The notes beneath the pieces were generated by a model. It worked only from the letters and a program-made list of their open reading frames with translations. It was not told the DNA's origin and did no database searches. A stretch of DNA of 64,000 nucleotides, taken from assembly GCA_964016885.1 (NCBI GenBank), contig OZ024742.1, forward strand, positions 343,728,001 through 343,792,000, written 5' to 3'. This document shows, in pieces, positions 54,355 to 64,000 of the stretch. The position numbers and the translations under genes were made by a program. How positions within the stretch are numbered: the first letter of the stretch is position 1; every line of letters starts with the position of its first letter. The DNA comes from Eledone cirrhosa (taxonomy: Eukaryota).

Positions 54355-55130
54355 GCACGTGTGAGTGGTTAAGATGATTGTTCCGCTATCTGGAGGTCTA
54401 GAGATAGATCCCACTGCATGGTATTATAGGCAAATGTCTTTACTATACACCATGATATTATAGGCAAGTGTCTTTACTATACACCATGGTATTATAGGCA
54501 AGTGTCTTTACTATACACCATGATATTATAGGCAAGTGTCTTTACTATACACCATGATATTATAGGCAAGTGTCTTTACTATACACCATGATATTATAGG
54601 CAAGTGTCTTTACTATACACCATGGTATTATAGGCAAGTGTCTTTACTATACACCATGATATTATAGGCAAGTATCTTTACTATACACCCTGATATTATA
54701 GGCAAGTGTCTTTACTATACACCATGATATTATAGGCAAGCGTCTTTACTATACACCCTGATATTATAGGCAAGTGTCTTTACTATACACCCTGATATTA
54801 TAGGCAAGTGTCTTTACTATACACCCTGATATTATAGGCAAGTGTCTTTACTATACACCGATATTATAGGCAAGTGTCTTTACGATACACCATGATATTA
54901 TAGGCAAGTGTCTTTACTATACACCCTGATATTATAGGCAAGTGTCTTTACTATACACCATGGTCGACCCAAACATTGCGAGTGAAATTAAATTAACGGG
55001 AGGCACGTTGAAGCCAGTACCTGTAATTCAATGGTCCAGCTTTGTTCTGATTGTGTCAAGTTACTTCTGCCTGAGAATTACGTTAAAGCTACACGTGTCT
55101 GTGGAATACACAACCACTTACACATTGTTA
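54355..55130 (+). mobile_element. Degenerate SINE (family B-like) split by an internal tandem amplification
   Basis: Head GTGAGTGGTTAAG..GATCCCACTGCATGG precedes the array, and the body GGTCGACCCAAACATTGCGAGTGAAATT resumes after it. Confidence 0.65.
54417..54963. repeat. 34-bp tandem array, 16 units
   Basis: Unit CATG(G/A)TATTATAGGCAAGTGTCTTTACTATACAC; one unit has a 2-bp deletion near 54859. Confidence 0.97.
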
Positions 55131-55760
55131 GATTTCAAAACGAATAAACAAAGAAATTGTACAATGTAGTTTGTTTTTATGCAAAACAACAATAGTTTGA
55201 CATATTGTATGTCCAGTTAAAAGTTTATCAAAGGTTGAAGTATTTGGAAGCATCCCAGACGAAGTCCAGCACCCGCTGTTAATCAAGTTTACCATGTAAA
55301 CTATATGTCTTTGCATCGTATTGATCAAACTTCGAAATCAACGAAGAAACCATCATCATATGTAATGATTATGTAAACGAAATGTGAACACTCGCTTTTG
55401 GAATGTCTTTTCAAATAAGCATTGTAATAGCATTTGCTTCTACAAGCAACCAAAACGTAGAATTTACTTAATGTAAGAAGAGAAAATAGAAATATTACCC
55501 GACATTTGTTTTGTAAATAAATGATTATTTTATTAGCCTCAAGGGCTTGCACATCGAGTATGCAACTCCTTGTAGAGTTGTTGTGGCACCATAACGACTA
55601 ACTACATTTATTGAACGTTTTAAGCCTAGCGGGAGCCCGTCCCCCTCCATACTTAAATATATTAACATTTTCAATTAATCTTTCTTTTTCCTGTGATTTT
55701 TTCCTGGCCAAACGTGTAACTGTTTCCTTTGCGAAGAGTACGGCGTTCCTCACAATGATT

Positions 55761-57503
55761 CTATTTACATCTATTTATATATATTAGGTCTCCTCTAAGT
55801 AAGTGAGAAAACTGTGTCTGTCTGTGTGAAAATTTTGAGATGAAATTACTTACATTTTCCACTTGGGATAAAGTTATGATATCATGTGAGTATAATTTCA
55901 CGGTTCGATCCCATATATCGGTAGTTACGTAATGAAGATCATCACTGCATCCACTATAGAAAATTATTACTTCCTCAGTTGACTCTAGTGGCTTACTGTA
56001 TAGAGCCATCTTTTCGAAAGCTGGTTTAACTCCTATACTTTGAGCTATTTCCACTGACGTATGGATTAACTCATTGTTAACTGATCTATATCTAGGAAGA
56101 ACATCAGAAATAGAAATCTTGAATATTTCACTTAACTCATTAACGCAAACCTGACGCCCAACTTCAGTTTCCATATCGAATTTAACTTCATTATGTTCAA
56201 TGAGTTTAGGAAAATCCTTAACATGCGTAGCTTCCATGTTGACAGGTAGAACTTGCTTGGCAATGTCAGTGGCAGGAAGAACATCAACATCAGATCTTTT
56301 GGTTTCATCAGCAGAATCCTTTTCTCTTTTCAGAATGGTTATACGATGTGGAGAAGGATTTCCTTTTAGATTATCTTCCTTCTTTAGAGGAGAGTTATTT
56401 ACAGGTTTTGACGGACACATTCTACCAGAGCTTGTATCTTTATTTTCTTTTGGAATATTATTCTGCTTATTAAATTCTTCGACCCGTAGATTTTGGTTAT
56501 TCTTAGACAATATTGTGTTCTTGCCCAAGTTTTGCGATAGTCCATTCATTAACACAACATTTGAATTCCGACAAATAAGTGGACAATTTGATTTAGATGC
56601 AACATTACAATATTGTGTGTTTTCTAGAGTGATTCTTTTACTGATCTCAGTTTCTTCACATGATTCATTGACGGTTGAACAAAATGATTCATTATTCATA
56701 GGCGTCAATGTCTGTATTTTAGTATCTACATCATGAAATATTACTCGTTTTTTAACTTTCTCTGGCTTCAATTGTTCACCGTGTCTAAGGAAATCTTTTG
56801 CAGTGTGCTCTTTGTTTGGAACCGATTCTATTGAATCGAGATTTACCTGATTTACAGTATAATTGACTTCGATTAGAAGAGAATTTAGAGTTTGTGTAAA
56901 GCGATTTGATCTCTGAAGATATGTTTGAGTTGAACAGTTTAGCTTCGTTAATTTTGATTTATCAATGACAAAAAACGAAGATTCTTCAGTTTGTGTTCCA
57001 CATTCACGGATATCCAAAGTTTTTAATTCTCCCAGTTGAAGATTTATTTTTGTACGTTCAACCGAACAGGAACCTACTGAATATTGTTTAGAAGCTAACT
57101 CTTCAGGATTAACCCCCCTCTTAAGATGTGTTGTTTTATAAGACTTGTCTATAGAGGAATCTTCCATTGATATTTCAGAACATTGTTGCCGTCGATGTTC
57201 CATTATTAGTTGGCAATCACTTTCAGAAGAACTTTTTAGTAAGGGGTACCGGCAATCTTTCGACATTAGTCTACTTACAGCTGGGTCCGTGATATCTTTT
57301 AAATAATTAGCAGAAAGACATTTCTGCGATGCTTCCAGACCAGTTCGACTTATAACATTTTTTTCATAATTAAGTTGCGGGAATTTATTTTCAGAATTGT
57401 TAATTTTCTGTTTTCGCCATGCGTTTAACATTTGTATAGAGTCCACACTAGAGTCCGCTCGAGTTTTTAATTTGATAGATGAATAATGATGCTTTGCTGG
57501 TGT
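55761..57503 (-). CDS. Large, probably terminal coding exon (~580 codons) of an unidentified host gene
   Basis: A 1.7-kb stop-free frame in AT-rich non-repetitive DNA, preceded by a polypyrimidine acceptor CTTCTGTTTCACCTTTACAG|ACA in phase 0. AATAAA occurs downstream on the minus strand (55607-55612 and 55529-55534). No transposon motifs recognised. Confidence 0.75.
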   Translation of the reverse strand, partial: TPAKHHYSSIKLKTRADSSVDSIQMLNAWRKQKINNSENKFPQLNYEKNVISRTGLEASQKCLSANYLKDITDPAVSRLMSKDCRYPLLKSSSESDCQLIMEHRRQQCSEISMEDSSIDKSYKTTHLKRGVNPEELASKQYSVGSCSVERTKINLQLGELKTLDIRECGTQTEESSFFVIDKSKLTKLNCSTQTYLQRSNRFTQTLNSLLIEVNYTVNQVNLDSIESVPNKEHTAKDFLRHGEQLKPEKVKKRVIFHDVDTKIQTLTPMNNESFCSTVNESCEETEISKRITLENTQYCNVASKSNCPLICRNSNVVLMNGLSQNLGKNTILSKNNQNLRVEEFNKQNNIPKENKDTSSGRMCPSKPVNNSPLKKEDNLKGNPSPHRITILKREKDSADETKRSDVDVLPATDIAKQVLPVNMEATHVKDFPKLIEHNEVKFDMETEVGRQVCVNELSEIFKISISDVLPRYRSVNNELIHTSVEIAQSIGVKPAFEKMALYSKPLESTEEVIIFYSGCSDDLHYVTTDIWDRTVKLYSHDIITLSQVENVSNFISKFSHRQTQFSHLLRGDLIYINRCK

Positions 57504-57762
57504 CTGTAAAGGTGAAACAGAAGTAGATTTGTAATTCGGAAGAAAGAAAACAGTTTTTTTAAGAGCATAGTATGTTCGCGAATAATATAGGGTAGGTCTG
57601 TACGATCTTTTCTTTCGAGGGGTATGTTTTTTTAAAAGCTGTTTCCATTATAAAATCAAATGATGAATTTAACTAACACGTTTCAAGTTGTCGATTATTT
57701 GTAAACACATTTTTTCCTTTCAAAATACGAAGCTAGAATATATTTTTAACACACAATACTCT

Positions 57763-57804
<42 letters not shown>

Positions 57805-58321
57805 GTTTAGAGAGAGGGGTATGAACCCGACCGCGACGCCTCTACAATTCTGGTATTTGTTTAAAAAAAATGATACTAAATTGAAATATATTTTCTAAAA
57901 GTTTACGAGTAATGGGAGGCATCTAAATATATAAGTGCACAAAAACCAATTACGATATAATTTTTCATTGCATGGGTTCCCTCTTATTGAATCAAATAAA
58001 CACATTTTAAATTTAAATTCATACCAAATATTACTTCGAAAGAAAAATTGGGCAATTGTTTTTTTTCTTGTTTTCTTTTTTTTTTTGTATTCTCTCTCTC
58101 TTTGTAATAATGAATATTTGTTATAAACTTAATTATTAAAATATAGTCTAGCAACAGCTGTCCTTGTATGTTGGACAGACCTCAGCGGAAGGACACTGGA
58201 AAACGGCTCAAGACTTTGCAACTACGTAAAGGACTGACATATTTATAGAAAAGAAAATCAACCTAACTGTCTACCCCCTTTTATAAGAGTGAGACCTTCT
58301 AGCTATAGGATCAGCGTTGCG

Positions 58322-58750
58322 AAAGCACGAGGTTTAGTGGTTGACTCACGATCGTAAGTTCGATTCCTGGATCCTGGGGGAGGGGCTCGTTTTGTCCTTG
58401 AGCAAGGCACTTCATTATTCGTTGCTCAACGAGTCGTAGTTATAATTCAAAGGGACAGACTTGTTCACACACAGTGTCATGCTGAATCGCATTGAAAGTT
58501 ACCGTAATGGTATGTATCAGGTACGGGCAACCTTTATTGAGCAGTGGGCCGGATAGGATGTGGCTCATCATAAGGTGGGCCACTACTAAAACATTCAAGG
58601 CAATTTTGAAATAAAACCAAGCGGGTCACATGCGGCTCATGGGCCGCATGTGACCCATGACTGGTGTCCGTGTTTGTAGAATTCTCAGCCTGTTAAGTTA
58701 ACTGTTGATCAAACAACTACAACACACATCGTCGAAACTGAAGAAGGTCC
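58322..58750 (+). mobile_element. Family B SINE interrupted by a ~146-bp hAT-like MITE (58518-58663)
   Basis: Head GGTTTAGTGG..GTTCGATTCC..CCTTGAGCAAGGCACTT. The insert begins CAGGTACGGGCAA, ends TGACCCATGACTG and has a GC-rich palindrome (GGGTCACATGCGGC..GCCGCATGTGACCC). No clean TSD. Confidence 0.55.
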
Positions 58751-59118
58751 TGCACACACACACACACACACACATACACATATACATTCATACACACATA
58801 TACATACACAAACATATATATACATACACATATACATAAATATTTACACACATATGCACACCATCACATACACATGAACACACTCACATACAGCCACATA
58901 CACACACATACATATACAGAGATATACACACGCGCACACAATACACACATGCACACACCATCACACACATATACACACAAATAACCACAGAAAACAATTT
59001 TCTTCGCCACAGACATAGGTATGGCCGGGTGGTGGTGGTGTTCGTGACTTCGCAATCATGAGGTCTCAGGTGAACTCAAGTATTTTGAGAAAATTTAGAT
59101 ACACGAAACCGTGTAGAA

Positions 59119-60576
59119 CAAGGTTTACCAACCTGGGCGATATCGCCCACCGGTGGGCGATTTCAACTATCGGGTGGGCGATGAACGAATTTTTAGGAAA
59201 GGGGGGGGGGGTGATCTAAAATGTTGGTGGGCGACAAAGGATTTTCGGTAATTAAGTATGTTATTGATCATATAATGGCCGGTAATCACAGAGTACAGAT
59301 TCGCTCCTCCCTACTCTAGACTAAGGAAGTACTATCCAACTGTATGGCTATAATTCATCTGTTTTTAACTGATTTATGTCTAGCAGTTAACGGCTGCCGA
59401 ACAGCTCACATGGACAACTCGCATTGGATGCACACACACCAGCGTGCATCGGTAAGCTAAAACAGGTGATGACGCAAGACCAACGGCAAAACGTGTTAAC
59501 ACTGCTGTTGTTGCGCATCGTGAATTTATGCCTTCGCCGATTCCGCCTCTATGAATTCTTTTTTCGAATTTTAACTTCCCTGATGCCTCCGGTAAAGAAA
59601 TCTTGTTGCCAGTACAGCATTGATTATTTATCATATGGATTTATTGCTTCTCCTAGAACTGTCAATTACCCATGTGTCTTCTATGCCAGCAAACTTTGAG
59701 CAATGAAGCCATGAAACCTTCATGCTTGAAATATCATTTTGACAAAAAAGACAAACCGTTGTCATATTTTTTGCCTCTTTCGAAAAGCGAAAAACACTAA
59801 ACACGATGTTTAGGGAAGCAACTGTACAGGAAAATGACGGTATGATTGCGTCGTACAATATTGCATTACTGGTCGCAAAGACCGGGAAGTCTCACACTAT
59901 AGGAGAAAGATTGCTCCGACCTGTCATTGAAGAAGTTCTGTCGACTGTAATGCACGAGAAGTCCGACACAATTATCAAGAAAATTCCACTTAGTAACAAT
60001 ACACTTTCTGGAGGAATAGATGAAATGGCCACCGATGTCAAACATCAACTCATGCAAATTCTCCAGTGTTCTGAATTTTCTATACAAGTGGATGAGTCAA
60101 CCGTTATAGACCACCAATGTTTGATGATGGTTTATGTTCGATATTTCAATGAATACCTTCAACCTTGTGAGGAAATGCTGTTCACAGAGAACTTGGTGCT
60201 TGATTGAAAAGGTACATCTATTTTCGATATGCTTAAGCATTTCCTTTCTGAACATCATATTCCACTGACCAATATTATTACCTGTGCGTCTGATGGAGCC
60301 CCTCCCATGGGTGGCAGATACAGAGGTTTTTCATCTCTCCTAAAGCGTGAAATTTCTCAACAGATTTTAACAGTTCATTGTGTGATACACCGACAACATT
60401 TAGTGGCAAAAAATATCAATGGTCGGTTGAATGATGCGCTGCAGTTGGTTATCGAAACTGTGAATAAACTGAAATCAAATTCCTTGTCTGATCGAATTTT
60501 CCGTCAACAGGTGGGCGATGGGAATTTTTGAGTGTTGAAAAGTGGGCGATAACGCCAAAAAGGTTGGGAACCCCTG
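59119..60576 (+). mobile_element. Internally deleted hAT (Buster/Charlie-type) DNA transposon with a transposase pseudogene
   Basis: TIRs CAAGGTTTACCAACCT and AGGTTGGGAACCCCTG (13/16); 8-bp TSD GTGTAGAA/GTGTAGAG (nnnTAnnn); subterminal GTGGGCGA repeats; motifs SHTIGE.L, IPLSNNT, FSIQVDEST, SDGA..M.G and HCVIHRQHL. The C-terminal half is missing. Confidence 0.93.
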
Positions 60577-60829
60577 GTGTAGAGGCTTATATGATTGATT
60601 GTAACTGTAATTCAAAGGTCACGAACGGTGACTCGGCTTTAGAATTACATTAAAGTTACACGCGGTTGTGAAATGCTCGGCTACTCTCACGTTAATGTCC
60701 CGGCGAACTGAGTGTGGTCCGACGGAGATCGATCCAACCCTTCGTATTGTTTACACTCTAGCTTTCATTATGTAAAATCTCCCCTAGCTTTCATTATGTA
60801 AAATCATCCCTAGCTTTCATTATGTAAAA

Positions 60830-61212
60830 TCATCCTTACGGGGTCGATAAAATAAAGTACCAGTTATGCACTGTGATAATTGCTGGCCTTGTGCAAAAAG
60901 TAGAAACAATTATGTAAAATCTCCCAATTTTACTTCATTTCTTCTCGTTTTGGGACACCTTTTTTTCATGGTACTCCCCGTTGGGGTTTTCAGAGGTTAG
61001 CAGCTATGATGTTATATAATAAAGTAAATAATTGTTTCTACTTTTCGCACAAGGCCAGCAATTACCCAGTACATTACTGCTACTTTATTTTATCGACCCC
61101 GTAAGGATGAAAGGCAAAGTTAACCTCGGCGGGATTTGAACTCAGAATGGCAAGGACCGTAACTCTATGCGTCAAAGCATGGCGTCCGACCCTCTACCGA
61201 TACTGCCAACCC
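60830..61212. mobile_element. SINE family A partial copy (60830-60912 +) and full copy (61030-61212 -)
   Basis: Core and tail matches to family A. Confidence 0.8.
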
Positions 61213-61504
61213 AAATATGAGGCAACAAGGTAAAGGGAAATTGTGTGGAAATCCATCAAATTATTTGTATTTGCAATACACGGAGTACAAAACAAACAAC
61301 TTTGTCGGACTGCAAGTTAACAAATCTGCTGGCAGACTGGGACCATTCCTTGCGATCATCTAAGACCAACCTTCAGGGAACGGTAGAGCGAGGGCAAAGA
61401 AGAGGAAGTGATCCGACAATATCAAAGACTGGACTGGTCACAACACTGAGACCCTTCTACGTATGGCGAAGTATAGAGACCAATGGTGAGAACTGACTGC
61501 AAAA

Positions 61505-64000
61505 ACATCTAGAGTGGCACTGGCTGTACCAGTGGCACATCTAGAGTGGCACTCCAACGACTGGCTGCTTCAGTGGCACATCTAGAGTGGCACCCCAATA
61601 AGTGGCTGTACCAGTGGCACATCTAGAGTGGCACCCCAATGACTGGCTGTACCAGTGGCACATCTAGAGTGGCACCCCAACAACTAGGTGTACCAGTGGC
61701 ACACCTAGAGTGGCACCCCAACGACTGGCTGCTTCAGTGGCACATCTAGAGTGGGACCCCAATAACAGGCTGTACCAATGGCACATCTAGAGTTGCACCC
61801 CAATGACTGGCTGTACCAGTGGCACATCTATAGTGGCACCCCAACGACTGGCTGTACCAATGGCACATCTAGAGTGGCACCCCAATGACTGGCTGTACCA
61901 GTGGCACATCTAGAGTGGCACCCCAATAACTGGCTGTACCAGTGGGACATCTAGAGTGGGACCCCAATGACTGGCTGTACCAGTGGCACATCTAGAGTGG
62001 CACCCCAATAACTGGCTGTACCAGTGGCACATCTAGAGTGGAACCCCAACGTCTGGCTGTACCAGTGGCACATCTAAAGTGGCACCCCAACGTCTGGCTG
62101 TACCAGTGGCACATCTAGAGTGGCACCCCAATGACTGGCTGTACCAGTGGCACATCTAAAGTTGCACCCCAATAACTGGCTGTACCAGTGGCACATCTAA
62201 AGTGACACCCCAATGACTGGCTGCACCAGTGGCACATCTAGAGATGCACCCCAACGTCTAGCTGTACCAGTGGCACATCTAGAGTCGCACCCCAACGACT
62301 GGCTGTACCAGTGGCACATCTAGAGTGGCACCCCAATGACTGGCTGCACCAGTGGCACACCTAGAGTTGCACCACAATAACTGGCTGTACCAGTGGCACA
62401 TCTAGAGTTGCACCCCAATGTCTGGCTGTACCAGTGGCACATCTAGAGTGGCACCCCAACAACTGGCTGTACCAGTGGCACATCTAGAGTTGCACCCCAA
62501 TAACCGGCTGTACCAGTGGCACATCTATAGTGGCACCCCAATAACTGGCTGCACCAGTGGCACACCTAGAGTGGCACCCCAATGACTGACTGTACCAGTG
62601 GCACATCTAGAGTTGCACCCCAACGTCTGGCTGTACCAGTGGCACATCTAGAGTTGCACCCCAATAACTGGCTGTACCAGTGGAACATCTAGAGTTGCAC
62701 CCCAATAACCGGCTGTACCAGTGGCACATCTAGAGTTGCACCCCAATGACTGGCTGTACCAGTGGCACATCTAGAGTGACACCCCAACGTCTGGCTGTAC
62801 CAGTGGCACACCTAGAGTTGCACCCCAATGACAGGCTGTACCAGTGGCACACCTAGAGTGGCACCCCAATGACTGGCTGTACCAGTGGCACACCTAGAGT
62901 TGCACCCCAATGACTGGCTGTACCAGTGGCACATCTAGAGTGACACGCCAATGACTGGCTGCACCAGTGGTACAACTAGAGTTGCACCCCAATAACTGGC
63001 TGTACCAGTGGCACATCTAGATGGCACCCCAACAACTGGCTGTACCAGTGGCACATCTAGAGTTGCACCCCAACAACTGGCTGTACCAGTGGCACATCTA
63101 GAGTTGCACCCCAATAACTGGCTGCACCAGTGGTACAACTAGAGTTGCACCCCAATAACTGGCTGTATCAGTGGCACATCTAGATGGCACCCCAACAACT
63201 GGCTGTACCAGTGGCACATCTAGAGTTGCACCCCAACAACTGGTTGTACCAGTGGCACATTTAGAGTGACACCCCAACGTCTGGCTGTACCAGTGGCACA
63301 TCTAGAGTTGTACCCCAACGACTGGCTGTACCAGTAGCACACCTAGAGTTGCACCCCAATAACTGGCTGTACCAGTGGCACATCTAGATGGCACCCCAAA
63401 AACTGGTTGTACCAGTGGCACATCTAGAGTGGCACCCCAACAACTGGCTGTACCAGTGGCACATCTAAATGGCACCCCAACGACTGGCTGTACCAGTGGC
63501 ACATCTAGAGTTGCACCCCAATAACTGGCTGTACCAGTGGCACATCTAGAGTTGCACCCCAATGACTGGCTGTACCAGTGGCACACCTAGAGTTGCACCC
63601 CAACAACTGGTTGTACCAGTGGCACACCTAGAGTTGCACCCCAACAAGTGGATGTACCAGTGGCACATCTAGAGTTGCACCCCAACAACTGGTTGTACCA
63701 GTGGCACATCTACAGTGGAACCCCAATGACTGGCTGTACCAGTGGCACACCTAGAGTTGCACCCCAACAACTGGTTGTACCAGTGGCACATCTAGAGTGG
63801 AACCCCAATGACTGGCTGTACCAGTGGCACATCTAGAGTTGCGCCCCAATAACCGGCTGTACCAGTGGCACATCTAGAGTTGTACCCCAACGACTGGCTG
63901 TACCAGTGGCACATCTAAAGTTGCACCCTAATAACTGGTTGTACCAGTGGCACATCTAGAGTGGAACCCCAACGACTGGCTGTACCAGTGGCACATCTAG
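61505..64000. repeat. 41-bp satellite array, about 61 units, continuing beyond the right edge
   Basis: Unit CTGGCTGTACCAGTGGCACATCTAGAGT(G/T)GCACCCCAA(T/C)(G/A)A. Confidence 0.99.

Noticed and set aside
56200-56736. 178-aa + strand ORF
   Set aside because: Antisense shadow of the large minus-strand exon.
59806-60531. Domesticated ZBED5/SCAND3-like host gene
   Set aside because: It has stops and frameshifts, lacks the C-terminal half, and retains TIRs and a TSD, so it is a decayed transposon.
62935-63836. Repetitive ORFs at the right end
   Set aside because: Translations of the 41-bp satellite.

Overview
Repeat-rich, AT-rich animal genomic DNA. The SINE families resemble those of octopod cephalopods; this is recognition from memory, not a database result. 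From left to right: (1) a 26-kb array of a 31-bp satellite with kb-scale higher-order duplications; (2) a cluster of small hairpin or hammerhead-ribozyme elements set in (TA)n tracts; (3) a young Penelope-like retroelement (RT plus C-terminal GIY-YIG) arranged as a 6.4-kb inverted repeat, each arm ending in a promoter-motif cluster and a minimal hammerhead ribozyme; (4) a near full-length RTE-type LINE with a twin-priming-type 5' inversion; (5) the first coding exon of an SLC22-like transporter on the minus strand, so the left 40 kb is probably intronic; (6) many SINEs and LINE fragments, a 20-copy 52-bp array made from the exact 3' terminus of a Penelope-like element, and a 34-bp array amplified inside a SINE; (7) a large exon of an unknown gene with TQT motifs, an internally deleted hAT/Buster transposon, and a 41-bp satellite running off the right end. 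The most interesting signal is the Penelope/hammerhead system: three well-formed and four to five degenerate hammerheads from several families, fold-back mini-elements, a shared AAARTATAACAAT terminus next to (AT)n, and reiteration of that terminus into tandem arrays. SINE and fragment boundaries are approximate.
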